A program made the position numbers and the translations under genes. This document shows, piece by piece, positions 14,934-51,670 of a stretch of DNA of 64,000 nucleotides. The DNA is from Macrostomum lignano (taxonomy: Eukaryota): the NCBI GenBank assembly GCA_002269645.1, contig NIVC01000391.1, positions 434,001 to 498,000 of the forward strand, read 5' to 3'. Position 1 is the first letter of the stretch. Each line of letters begins with the position of its first letter. The notes beneath the pieces are model-generated. The model made no database searches and was not told the origin of the DNA. It saw only the letters and a list, made by a program, of their open reading frames with translations.

Positions 14934-17900
14934 AGCAAGAATTAAGGAAGTTAGAGACAGCCATCCAGCGAGATGTGGCAGCTGAGAAGAAAGCGACAGA
15001 GAAGCAGGAGAAGACCGTAGAAGCAGATATATCTAGCCAATTAGTGAATTCAGGATTATTCCTCGATAGCCAGATTAACGGATTAAGCGAAAAAATATTA
15101 GTTGACACCGGCGCCTCGAATTGCCTAATTGATAGTAAATTATATCAGCGCCTCTATCCGGCAAATCATAGTTTGAAGCCATGCTCAGTGAATATGCGAT
15201 CCGCCAATGGCCAGACTTCAAATTTATTAGGCCAAGTAGCATTGCGCGTCAGATTCGGGGACTGCGAGATTACGCACCCATTCTATGTTGCTGAAGGCTT
15301 ACTAACGTCATCAATAATAGGCATCGACTTGTTAACTAGGCATAAAATTAAATTAGATATAGCAGGAAAATCCTTAGAATTTAGTGATCGCAGAATTCCG
15401 CTTGTAACAACGAGTGATGAAACGCGCTGTGTCCTACTGCAAGTAGTCAAGAAAGTATCTATAGCACCGATGAGCGAAATTTACGTCAAGGCTAAATGTA
15501 AAGATACTCCGGAAACTGCAGAACTCGGCTTCATTTCAGGCCGCAGTCAAATTAGCGAGAAAGATGAGCCATTAGTAGCAAAAGCTATTACTAGATTGGA
15601 CGAATTCGGCGAAACTTACGTTAGATTAATGAACCTGACAGAAGAGGCTCAGACAATTCATAAGGATGAGATAGTTGCGCAGTATCAACCGATGAAGGAA
15701 GAAGTAGAACTTTTCGCAATGTCAGAAACTGATTTAGAAGCAGGTGCGCGGAAGCAATCGAAGGCAGCAATTACGGTGCAAGAAGCTGATAGACTTAGGG
15801 ATCAATTCCGCTTAAACGAGACCGATTTAAGTGAGGCTCAGAAGAGAAAAGTAATTGAATTACTACATCGTTATCAAAATATAGTTTCGAAGGATCAGTG
15901 GGATATCGGCAAGACCCAGATGGGCGAATTCAAGATTGAGACTACCGATGAAATTCCAGTCAGAATTCCCCTGCGCAAGCAAAGCCCTGAGCAACGAGAA
16001 TTTGTAAGCGGGCATGTGCAGCAGCTATTAGAGCACGATTTGATTGAGCCCTCAGAATCTGAGTGGAGTTGCCCTATAGTTCTCGCCCGGAAGAAGTCCG
16101 GAGAATTCAGATTTTGCTGTGATTTCAGACAGTTAAATAATAAGACTAAGAAGGACAGTTTTCCGTTACCGCTAATTCAAGAATCGCTGGAATCCCTGGC
16201 AGGCAACATGTACTTTAGCACCCTAGACATGGTCGGCGCTTATTGGTCAGTGAAGGTCAGAGAGACTGACCGCGAGAAATTAGCGTTTCGAACCCATGAT
16301 GGCCTGTTCCAGTGGAAAGTTTTGCCTTTCGGAGTCACGAATGGACCCGCTTGTTTTCAGCGTATAATGCAGAAGATCTTAGGCGATTACGCTTATAAGT
16401 TCGCCTTACTCTACCTAGATGATGTAATTTGCACAGGCAAGAATTTCGAAGAAATGCTCAGTAATTTAGAATTAATTTTCTCTCGATTAGCAGATGCTGG
16501 AATGAAAATCAAGCCAGAGAAGACCTTTCTGTTTCGGAAAGAAGTCACCTTCCTAGGGCACACCGTCTATCAACACGGTATCTATACCAGCAAAGATAAG
16601 ATAGAAAAAGTCCAGACATGGCCCCGGCCAGAGAATATCTCTGAGCTGCGCGGATTCTTAGGCTTAGCCGGCTACTATCGCAGATTTATTAAAGATTTTG
16701 CGCGAATAAGTGAGCCCTTGAATAATTTAACTAGAAAAGATGTCAAGTATAAGTGGGATGACAGTTGCCAGAAGGCATTCGATCTTTTAAAGCAGAAGCT
16801 AGTAAGCGCACCTGTGCTGAGCTACCCCAGGTTCGATAGCGACGCGGGACCGTTCATCCTCGATGTCGACGCCTGTGACGTAGCTATAGGTGGAAATTTA
16901 TTACAAGAGCAAGATGGGGAAGAAAAAGTAATAGCCTATGCTTCGCATCCGTTAAATGAGCATCAGTTGAATTACTGCACTACGATGAAGGAAATGTTTG
17001 CGCTGATATATTTCTTAGAACATTACCGGCCTTATCTGGTCGGCCGTCGTTTCAAGGTCAGGACAGACCACGCGGCCCTCCAATGGCTACGCAAGTGCCA
17101 CGGTGCAAAAGGCATGCTAGGCAGATGGAACATGATCCTTGAGCAGTTTGATCAATTTGAAGTAATTTCGAGAATGGAGGAATATGACTTTGCAATTCAG
17201 TACCGCCAAGGGATCGCCCATGGTAACGCAGACGCCCTGAGTCGCAGACCTCAGCGGGATGGTCCCCCGAAACGCTACCATGAGGAATGCCCCACTTGCA
17301 GTGCGACGAAGACAGCAACAGTCCACTGCGGTGCAATTAATATCGATACGCCAGCAGGAATTGTAGAACTGCAGGAGAGCCAGCCAGAGTTGCTGCTGCT
17401 CAAGCAAAAGCTCAGACAGGGAGAGCCCTGTCCACCCAAGAATGAATGGGTTGGAATGAGCCGCAGTTATAAGTCATTATTTAGCGATTATGAGCAGCTA
17501 TTAGTGAAAAATGACATAATTTACAGGAATTGGATAGATTCCGAAGGCCGAAAATTTGAGCAGACTGTACTGCCGGAAAATCAAGCCCTGGAGCAGCAGT
17601 TGTTTAGAGCGTTTCATGATCAAATGGCTCACGGCGGTATTTCGAAGACTAAAGATTTGATTCGACAGAGATTTTGGTGGCCAAACTATTCAACGAACTT
17701 AGATAGATATATTAAGACTTGTACTGAGTGCCAGACAAGAAAGAAATACGGGCCGAAGCCACGAGCGCCCTTAGAACCAGAAGTCAGCAGTTACATGGGC
17801 GAGAAAGTACATATAGATTTCGCCGGTCCGTTCAACGCCACAGCACGGGGGAACAAGTACCTCCTGCTGATGGTTGATCACTTTACGGGCTGGCTAGAGG

Positions 17901-19039
17901 TAAAAGCGCTTAGAGATTGTACAGCTGAAAGTACAGCTTGGGCCCTGTACACAGAGTGGATCACTCGGCATGGTGCCCCTGAAGCATTCATATCAGACAG
18001 AGGTACATCGTTTACTGCAGAATTAGTGAAATCGTTAACCGAAAATTTCCGAATAGATTTACGCCATACTACTAGCTACCATCCGCAGGCAAACGGTCGC
18101 TGCGAGCGTATGGTCAGAGTAGTGAAAGATGGAATCAGATTAGCTCAGAGTGAACTCAGTTTGGCATGGGATGAGGTGCTTCCGCACGCTTTGATGGTTC
18201 AGCGAAGCACGGTCAGTGAAAGCAATAAATTTAGTCCGTTCGAATTAGTCTATGGTCGAAAGATGCGGCTACCGGTTGATGCTGAGCTCGGATTGCCTGC
18301 ACCGGAGCGCAAGACCCGTGATAAACATTTACATGATCTGTATAAGAAGTGCATGGAATCGTATAGAATCGCCAGAGAAAAGCAGCAAATATCAGTCAGG
18401 CGGCAGAAATCTAATTATGACACGAAAGTATTCCAGCAGTATTATCAGCCAGGTGACCTGGTCTGGATAACAAATACGCAGAATGTTATGATACGAATAG
18501 GAAATGGGTAGGTCCGTACGAGTGCTAGAAGTAAGAAATAATGGAAAAAATTTAAAATTGAACCCGGTCCAAAGGTTGACCGAATAGAGCAACCCGTCAG
18601 AATTCATGACGTAGTGACAGTAGACAGAACAAAGCCCTGCTACTTGTCAGAAGAAAAGTTGCGTCAATATCGAGAAGAGGAAGCTGGAAGTGCTAGTGAT
18701 GACGGCTCGGAGGAGTCAGAAAGAGTCCAAGTGGAGATTCAGAGGCCAGAGAGAATTAGATTTTTGCAACGTGAGAGAGCTCACGAAGCTACTGAAAGTA
18801 ATATAGATAGAACAGTCGAAAATACTCAGACAGCGGCCAATGCAAACCAGCAGGCGCAGGCGAGTCCTGCGGGGTCCCAGGCCAGGCAGAGTCCTGTGCG
18901 CACTCCACCGAATTTAATGCATCTGAGCCCAGTGCACAGTACGCCCCCGCAGCGGGCAGGCACGAATAACGTTAGCTGGATACCGCGGCTGCGGAACCGC
19001 GCGGCGATTAGACCCCCGGAACGATACGGTTATCATTGA
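14840..19039 (+). CDS. pol: Pol polyprotein (protease, RT, RNase H, integrase with GPY/F C-terminus); C-terminus broken by three 1-nt deletions
   Basis: Motifs: LVDTGA (PR), YLDD (RT), DVDACDVAIGG/DHAAL/NADALSR (RH), HHCC and DDE (INT). Three -1 shifts at about 18483, 18519 and 18551 restore KWVGPYRVLEV...VVTVDRTKPCY and join ORF 18614-19039, which ends RPPERYGYH. The pol frame is open from 14753. Confidence 0.95.
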
Positions 19040-19645
19040 ATGGAGTCTATAGAAACGAAAGGCACTGTCGAGACGAAAAATTTCAATTGTATTACTAATA
19101 GTAACTTGTCGAGACATACGCGAGAAATTCGTTGAACGAAAGTGGAACCAGAGAAAAATAGTCAATAGAAAAAATAATAAAGACTTGGAAGTGCTGATGT
19201 TGACACTGCAGTTGCAGGAGTTGAAGACTAACTGCTCGAGCTGCCACACCTGGTAGATTCCATGACGCTAATGAAAGAGAAATACCATAGACGACCATGG
19301 AAGATATGAAACGATTGGAAGTTGCAAATAGAAATTGAAATTGAATTGAGCCCAGATTGAAGTCGTCTGCGGTTCCATCGGCCAGCATATTACTATGAGT
19401 AGGACATATTATTATCAGAAAATTAGTAAGGAATAAATATTACAAGAAAAATTATAAGAAAAACAGTCTTGCAGTAGAACTGACATGCGTGAATATTCGA
19501 TAATAACATAAAAATTGTAAAAGCTTCATAAAAAAAACACAAAAATATTATTCAAATTGCTTGAGTCAGAACACTGCTTGACGCAAAAATAAGTCTAACT
19601 TACAGCTGATCGACATGTCACATGTTGCAGCTAGAAATGTCTGAA

Positions 19646-20065
19646 GCGTCCTGGGCACGACGTTAAACTGCAGCCGCTAGGAAAGAAATTAACTAATGAT
19701 GCGTCCTGGGCACGACGTTAAACTGCAGCCGCTGGAAAGGAAGTTCACTAGAGCCGGCGTCCTGGGCACGACGTTAAACTGCAACCGCTAGGAGAGAAAC
19801 AAACTAAGCAAGCGTCCTGGGCATGACGTTAAACTGCAGCCGTAGGAAGAGAAATTACCAAAAGAAGCAACCACGAGACGAAAGAAGTCCGAGAAAGATA
19901 GAAAAGCGACGTCATGGGCATGACGTTAAACTGCAATAAAAAAAGACTGAAGTGCGAAGGAAAGGAGCCCTTGTCCTGGGCACGACAGAAAACTGCAGCC
20001 ATTGGGCGGTGAATTTCGCCACGGGGATTGGTCCTGGGCAAGACCATAAACTGCAGCCAATGGGC
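19646..20065. repeat. Seven copies of a 28-bp core (GTCCTGGGCACGACGTTAAACTGCAGCC) separated by divergent spacers, in the Gypsy 3' UTR
   Basis: Cores start at 19648, 19703, 19759, 19814, 19911, 19973 and 20031. Confidence 0.9.
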
Positions 20066-20718
20066 GATAGTTTTCGCGCGCTGAGTGTTAGTCCGCCACG
20101 GGAGCGTGGGCGTGAGTTAATTATCGTCGAGGCACCCGACAGAGATAAGCGTCGTGGTATATTGCGATAAGAATTCCGCTGTGGAGACAGCGAGGGTCGC
20201 AGCGCCAACCCTACCTTTTTAGGAGGGGGGAGGTGCGGATAGTTAAATCAGCGAGTAATAAAATTTTGCCAGCCGATAAGGTTCATCGTAGCACGTCGAG
20301 AAGGAGTAATTTAATTAATTTGTGTAAAATGCGTCAACGCGTTATTTGTTCTTGGTGATGGGTAGCATGCGTTTTGCTTTAAGTTTTCGATTGTAGAAAG
20401 TCGTGCCATAGTTTGCGTAAACGTTGCGTTCCGTCGCGATTTGTTTCGATTTATTTATTGATTTGCTTGTGTTTTGTCTTGTCGCGTATTGAATAGTAAC
20501 TTTGCTTATGTATTTGATTGCGTTTTGCCGTGTCATAGAATTGTATTGTGTTCATTGCGTTAGTCCCCTGATTCTCGTTGTAACATTGCTTGTTTTTGCG
20601 AATTTTGGTTCCCGTAAACGCGAATTTCGTTATATAGTACTCATTTGCTTACTGGAAGTAGTATGTTACGCATGTTCGAATTTTTCAAATTTTTCTTCTT
20701 TTGTACTCTATTTCTTTT

Positions 20719-20730
20719 AGGAGGGGGGAG
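20719..20730 (+). promoter_or_regulatory. Polypurine tract
   Basis: AGGAGGGGGGAG directly abuts the 3' LTR and is preceded by TTTT. Confidence 0.92.
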
Positions 20731-21941
20731 TGTAGTGTGAGCATCTTTGCGTGTATTTTGTTGTAAATTGACTGCATTAGTTTCTATATTGTCATTGAAT
20801 TGTTATTTTGCTTTAGTTTAGTCATGCGTTTTTGATGTACTTTTTCTTGTTAGTTGGAATCTAAATTTGTAAACAGGTTAGAGTTAGACGCCATCTGTGA
20901 CTCAGCGGAGGGTTGAGTTTTGTCTGCGAACCCCAGCTTTGCGCGGTCAGCCAATCAGAACCGACCTGGACCCTGGCACGCGGCAAGTTCCAGTTCTACC
21001 CGGCGCCGCGGGCACAGTTCAATTCGGCTTAAGCAAGCGGCCGGCCAGACGACCACCACCCGGCTTGAGGGGGTTTTGAGGGGTTGTGACTCTGACTATA
21101 TATGAAAGTGTGTTTGGCAATCGGATCTCACTTTTTTTCCTTCTCTCTCCTTTTCCCCGGTTTTGTCTTGTCCAGTTCCCGGCCGGTGGCCCGACTTTTC
21201 CTCCCTTGTTGGTTCGCGCTTTGAGGCGTTTTGATTTCATCACCCCCGGTCCATATCTTTGTTCCCGCCCAACCGCAGTAGTCTTGTGGCGTAACGTCTA
21301 CGGCAAATTCCTGTCTGAAGTCGTCGCTATCAAGCGCGGTTAGATAGAGACTGTTGGATCTGATCAAGTACGCGGCCTCGACCCCGAGGGCCTCAGTGTT
21401 ACACTGAAGGGCAGTGCCGATAGAATTTAGTCGGTACTCCGTTGAACGGTCGGTTCGGCAGGGCTCTCGTTTGAGAGTAGGTTCTGGCTTAGGCCAGGGG
21501 TTAGGAGTCTTCTCCGTGGTCCTGTGTTCGGTGCCTTCTTCTTCTTCTTCAGCTGAGCTCCGCTTGCCAGTTGCGTAATTAATTTATTAGTTATTAATCG
21601 TTATTATCATCTGTGTCAATTTATCTGCGCCGCGAATTGCATCTTGTAATTGAATCTTGTTAAATCTTGTAACTCAGCTAATCAAATTAAACCGTCAATC
21701 AAGTTAGTTATTCTTGAAATAGGATTATCACTCTCTAAATCTTTCGGTTTGTGTTTCCTCGTGTTCTTTATTTTCTTGTACTGTACCTGCGGCTATTGGA
21801 GAAGACTGGTAGAACTCGCCGACCGGCGATAGGCGATTAGGATTAATAGTTTTAAAATCTCCGAACGCTCCAAGTAGGTTTGTCTAGGGCCTAAATAATT
21901 GCTCACCGTGCATGCTATTATCTAATTGCCTATTTATCACA
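20731..21941 (+). repeat. 3' LTR
   Basis: Direct repeat of 11348-12558; one mismatch seen by eye (A12175 vs C21558). Confidence 0.97.
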
Positions 21942-23070
21942 ACACCGATTCTGAAAATAATGTACATTTAAGACTTTAGTTATGTACATTTACATGTAGA
22001 AGTCTTTGCTTTGTCCCCCCACCATAAAATCCATGGCGACGCCCCTGGTTGTGATGAACATATCTTTTGCAACTGAATGAGACTACACTGTAATTGTGAC
22101 TATTCGTAGGGTAAATAGCTCCATAGATTGCTCTAGATGTAATGTTAAATTATTTAATTTTCAAACAAAAGTTAGTCTTGTCAACATTTTGCCTGAAAGG
22201 TTACTTTTTAACGCAGAAAATTTCCTTGCTTTTAAAACAATTTTAAAATGTTAAAATTCTAAAGACACTTTAATTTTAAATCGTTTCACTTAATCATCCG
22301 GTTTAACAATTAATTAAAACGATTTAAGATGGATTTTTATGTACAAAATAGCTACTATCAGAAAAGTTAGTAATATTCCATTCAAATCCTTTGTAGATTC
22401 ATGCAGACCCCAGCAAGTACATACTTCGACTGTTTTGCCTATTACATCAATCAAATGATGATAAGTAATTGCATGATGCGTACACTTAAAAAACTTCCGG
22501 ATCATGTGCCTACTTAGGAACGAAAGGTATTAGTTCTAAATGAGTATTCCTTAAGTAGTCATGGCCTCAGTTCGATCATTGAAGCATAAAAATCAACACT
22601 AGTTACAATACACGCATATTAGCAATACGGATTTTGTAACTAGAACTATTATTTACTAATGCAGCTGTAAAAAGTTACTTTTTAGCCTTATCACTTAGTT
22701 TTTTAAAGTATTAAAAGCATTTTTGTATAAAATTAAACATACATTTGTTTTAACACTCCATCGTTAACTTGACGAAGATAAATGGCTGTAGCGAAATTTA
22801 ATTTTGCAAAGCAATAGAATTTTTAAGAAGTTGGCAAGCGGTTTTACTTGTTTGATTAGTTTGTTTACGATACGCTTTGATATCTTTTAGTTCAAGAGAT
22901 CAAATAGTATTGAAAAAAACGTGCTGTGATACAAACTGTTTCTTTTTCAGTCGGTAAACGAAAGATGAATGCGCATTTTTAACCCTTGTATTACATAATA
23001 TTTCTTCGTTCGCATCAAAGTTCTTTTTTATTTCTGAAGAAATTTGCTCAATTTTTGAGGCTCAATCACA

Positions 23071-47573
<24,503 letters not shown>

Positions 47574-49139
47574 GGGAGTGCTGAGCCGCGCTGAGCTGCC
47601 GCTCTGGTGAACCCCATGCCCTCCCGCCCCGTCGGTCGCACCAAGCTGTTTTTAATGTTTTCCCCTCTCTAAATTCAATAACTTTCGCTTATAATTTTCT
47701 ATGCAGACTACTTGAGTCCCAAACCCAGCTAGTAGTTGATATTACTATCGGAGTAAAAAGGCGTGCCCGAGCGAAGACTATTTTGTTCTAAGCCAATCAA
47801 CGCTAGGATAGACGCACCCGAACCCACAGTAGTCCCCTCATCCATTCTGTTTTTTTCTGTGCGTTTTTGTTTTATTTTTTTTATAAAATGTAACTTGCAG
47901 CTGCTTACAAGAATTACACAGGTGTAGCAAGTATTTCATTGTGAATAAGTTTAGTCTGTGTTATGAACTGTAAACTGTACCTCATCATTTATATAAATAT
48001 CTGTATTACGGAACCATTAGTTTACGCCACAGATACTGTAATAACAGATATGTCACTCGCAGAATGCGCTTATCTACTCTTTTCAGTAGAAAAATTATCT
48101 TTTTTGCCTTTATATTGGTAGAATGAAAAATCTATTAAATTTTACAAAAGGGATGGCGCCCCAAGCCCCAGCCCCCAGCCAGGCCGATAAACAGTTTGGC
48201 TTTCCTCTTGCCCCTCCTGTGTCTGACTTTGATCTCTTTCCTTACTGCTCTCTCATTGGCTAAGCCAGATTGGGCCTGCCCCCCCCCTAGGCTGAGTTTC
48301 GTCCGTCTGACTTTGGCCTCCCCCCTTGCTGCTCTGCAATTGGCTGAGCCAGATTAGGCCTTCCCCTAGGCGGATTTTCGTCCGTCTTGCGTTCACTTGT
48401 GTACATCAATTTACGCTCGTTAATGCTTGCTGTTAATTCCTAACCCCATAATGCTCTTGAGGCCGCAAACCCCCGAGGAAGAAAATGAAAATTTAGCCTT
48501 GTTTGAGCTGCATTAAATTAAAAGGACACTGCGCAGACAAACTACTGAAAAATGAGTAGAAGCTCTACTTTTTTCACTTTATTTTGAGAGTTGTTTAATC
48601 TAGTTTATTTAGTTTCAGTGGTTCATGCTAATTAAATGTTCATCCACCAGTTTTCTTGTTGAAGGCTCGGCGCGGGCGACCACTTTAATGTTGGACTGCA
48701 GAATATTGAAAATGTCTGGGTTAAACACAGCCCATACCAATTCAAGCCTAATTAGTCAATACATTTTGAAGGCCGATATCCAACACGATAAAGCGCCCAG
48801 CCCGTATACTTTAGCTGCCACTGGCGCTCCCGGCTTCTGACAATGCACGTGTGCATGTACTTTTGTCATGCAAAAATATTTCATTGCAATCGCTTTGGAT
48901 CTCTGATGTGTACTAGTAACCATTCGAATATCATTACTTATGGTAAAAGTTATAATTTTTTGGTTTTCGTTAGGCAAAAAATTTAACTTAACCCGCATAT
49001 ACACTGCGCTTTATCTCCTACTACCAGTAGCTTGACAGGCTGTTGCGCCTAAATTTAACTCGGCTTTATTTCTCCGTGCTTGTCTGATTCTTTATTCAGA
49101 GTTTTTGTAATTTTAGGAGCCATTGGGTTGGCTCCTTTT

Positions 49140-49410
49140 TCTGACTGGGCTAATTCCATTTTCTAAATAGGCTAATGCCATTTTCTGATTGGTTAATGTC
49201 ATTTTCTGATTGGTTAAAGCCATTTTCTAATTGGTTGACGCCATTTTCTGATTCGTTAATGCCATTTTCTGATTCGTTAATGCCATTTTCTGATTAGTTA
49301 ATGCCATTTTCTAATTGGTTAACGCCATTTTCTGATTGGGCTAATGCCATTTTCTAATTAGGCTAATGCCGTTTTCTGATTGGTTAATGCCATTTTCTGA
49401 TTGGACTGGT
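49140..49410. repeat. 21-bp tandem repeat (GCCATTTTCTGATTGGTTAAT)
   Basis: Directly visible. Confidence 0.9.
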
Positions 49411-50119
49411 GCCATTGTCTCAATTAAGTTTAGCGCGGTTGTCTCTGTATTTAGATTTGCATCATCATTTTCCCAGTTAAAATCAAGAGTTAAATAATGA
49501 TTTTGTAATAATTTGTACCTGTCAATCATCTGCAGTTCAGAAACCAAAAGTTGCAGCTGTCGTTCTTTTACCCAAAGATTATTATGGAATTTATTATAGA
49601 GCTAAATTGGTCAGCTTCTGGCGTATCAGTTTGAAATCTCTGGACAGTTTTTAGGCTTTTTGGAGCCTTTTGGGTCCTGCTTTTTTACTGTGTGGAATTT
49701 TTCTGTAAATTTGTCTCTATCAGGCTCTGCTCCCACAGTTTCATAGTGTCCACAAAAAGCAATCTATTATTGATATTCAATTTGCTAACCCCCTTTCACA
49801 AATCTGGCATCAATTTTACTAACCAGTTTTTTGCTGTTATATTCTATTTGCCTCGAGATTGAAACGAATTTTTTTATGTTAAAGAGTATTATAATACTTT
49901 AGCTTTGCTGAATTGTGAATTCGATATTAAACACTTCGGCACTGCATGGCTGCTGCACTGGTGGCTCATGAAATACAGGCGTGATGATGAAGCTGGACAC
50001 AGGTTATTAAAGCTTACTTATATATTTATTTGTAAGGCTGCTCCAGACTGTATTCTTTATTTCAACTATAAAGATGGTCTTGCCATGTTTTTTACTCACT
50101 TTTTATAAAGCTTTCATTA

Positions 50120-50521
50120 GATGACTACCTGTGCAGATCAGTGCATCAGTACCTGTGCAGATCAGTGCATCAGTACCTGTGCAGATCAGTGCATCAGTAC
50201 CTGTGCAGATCAGTGCATCAGTACCTGTGCAGATCAGTGCATCAGTACCTGTGCAGATCAGTGCATCAGTACCTGTGCAGATCAGTGCATCAGTACCTGT
50301 GCAGATCAGTGCATCAGTACCTGTGCAGATCAGTGCATCAGTACCTGTGCAGATCAGTGCATCAGTACCTGTGCAGATCAGTGCATCAGTACCTGTGCAG
50401 ATCAGTGCATCAGTACCTGTGCAGATCAGTGCATCAGTACCTGTGCAGATCAGTGTATCAGTACCTGTGCAGATCAGTGTATCAGTACCTGTGCAGATCA
50501 GTGCATCTCAGTACCTGTGCG
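50120..50521. repeat. 24-bp tandem repeat (GTACCTGTGCAGATCAGTGCATCA)
   Basis: Near-perfect copies. Confidence 0.97.
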
Positions 50522-51003
50522 GATAATAGAAACTTTGTGCTTTCATACACGCATATTAAAATGGTAAAAGATAAATTGAAATTAGCCAGCAGTATTAGTG
50601 CACGGTGCAGTCTCGCCTTCACAGCTCTTCGCCCACGTGTTCAGCGCCGAAATCGAGGAAAAACGACGACGAGCCGCCAGGCGGTTCCGCTTGCGATGAC
50701 GGCTTTTTCCGGAGTTTCTCCTGCCGCCTGCCGCGACCTGGAGCAGATTTTGTAATTCTTTTTCAGCTGTAACTAAGCCCAAATATGAACTATGCGCTAA
50801 AACTGTTCTATTTAGTTATCGAAGCAATAAAAATGTCGGGAGGGCGGCGGGCACCTTGGCGCAACGCCTTTAGCGACATCGTCCCACAATCAGCGCTGAG
50901 GTAATTCCGCCAATCCCGCTGACTCAGTACACAGGTGCGCACTCATACGCTCACAGAGGTTATACACAAGGACAGCTTAAGTAGAAGGAGGAAGTAGAAG
51001 GAA

Positions 51004-51670
51004 GTAGAAGGACGCAACACTCGAAGTCTATGGTAAATGTTTTGAAAGCAACTTTTCGCCGAGAAATACACTACAGAGATAGGAGGTTTTAATTTTTTCA
51101 GCACAAACATTGTTATTGCTTTTGATCGGAGGCAGATCCAGTGTTCATCTTTTGATATGTTGTGCCTTTCTTATTGCTCTATCGATATTCATAAAGCTTT
51201 TCGTTCAGAAATAGTTTTAAAGGCAGGTTTTCTCATGTTAAATTGGTCTGTCACTTGAAAAAACATTAAAATAATGACAAGGCCAATATATTTAACATGA
51301 AAAATCGATTAATGCGTCGTTAGAGCAGCATGTGAGGCACAAAATAGTGTGATTACAACTTTCTCTGACACTGTTAAGAGACCCAATCAAGCTGTTTTAG
51401 TGTTGAAAATCGGGAAATTTCCTATCTCTGTAGTGTATTTTTCCGGTGAAACCTGCCTTTAAAACTATTTGTGAACAAAAAGCTTTATGAATATCGATAG
51501 AGCAATAAGAAAGGCACAACATATCAAAAGATGAACACTGGATCTGCCTCCTTTCAAAAGCAATAAAAATGTTTGTGCTGAAAAAATTAAAACCTCCTAT
51601 CTCTGTAGTGTATTTTTCGGCGAAAAGTTGCCTTCAAAACATTTACCATAGACTTCGACTGTAGCGTCCT
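51004..51670. mobile_element. MITE/foldback of the GTAGAAGGAC family with inverted arms of about 220 bp
   Basis: 51004-51225 is the reverse complement of about 51447-51670; the extreme right terminus is eroded. Confidence 0.78.

Larger units (their letters stand above)
11348..21941 (+). mobile_element. Full-length Ty3/Gypsy LTR retrotransposon (10.6 kb)
   Basis: Two 1211-bp TG..CA LTRs, a 4-bp TSD ACAC (11344-11347 and 21942-21945), a PBS, a PPT, and gag plus PR-RT-RH-INT in Gypsy order. Confidence 0.98.
11048..22047. mobile_element. hAT-type non-autonomous element/MITE (about 400 bp when empty), interrupted by the Gypsy insertion
   Basis: TIRs are CAGAGGCGTCGCCACGG (11048) and CCATGGCGACGCCCCTG (ends 22047), 15/17 identical. 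There is an exact 8-bp TSD, GTTGTGAT, at 11040-11047 and 22048-22055. Subterminal CTGCGGCGCYAAAATGA repeats lie at about 11205-11340. Confidence 0.88.

Noticed and set aside
19646-20065. CRISPR array
   Set aside because: Eukaryotic retroelement context, degenerate cores, partly related spacers of irregular length, and no cas genes.
19040-20730. env or antisense accessory ORF in the Gypsy 3' region
   Set aside because: Only short ORFs (about 110 aa or less) with no signal peptide, furin site and TM anchor layout. A decayed ORF cannot be excluded without other copies.
50121-50755. Cys-rich STCADQCI repeat protein
   Set aside because: A near-perfect 24-bp array open in all three plus frames, with no synonymous-biased variation and no signal peptide.
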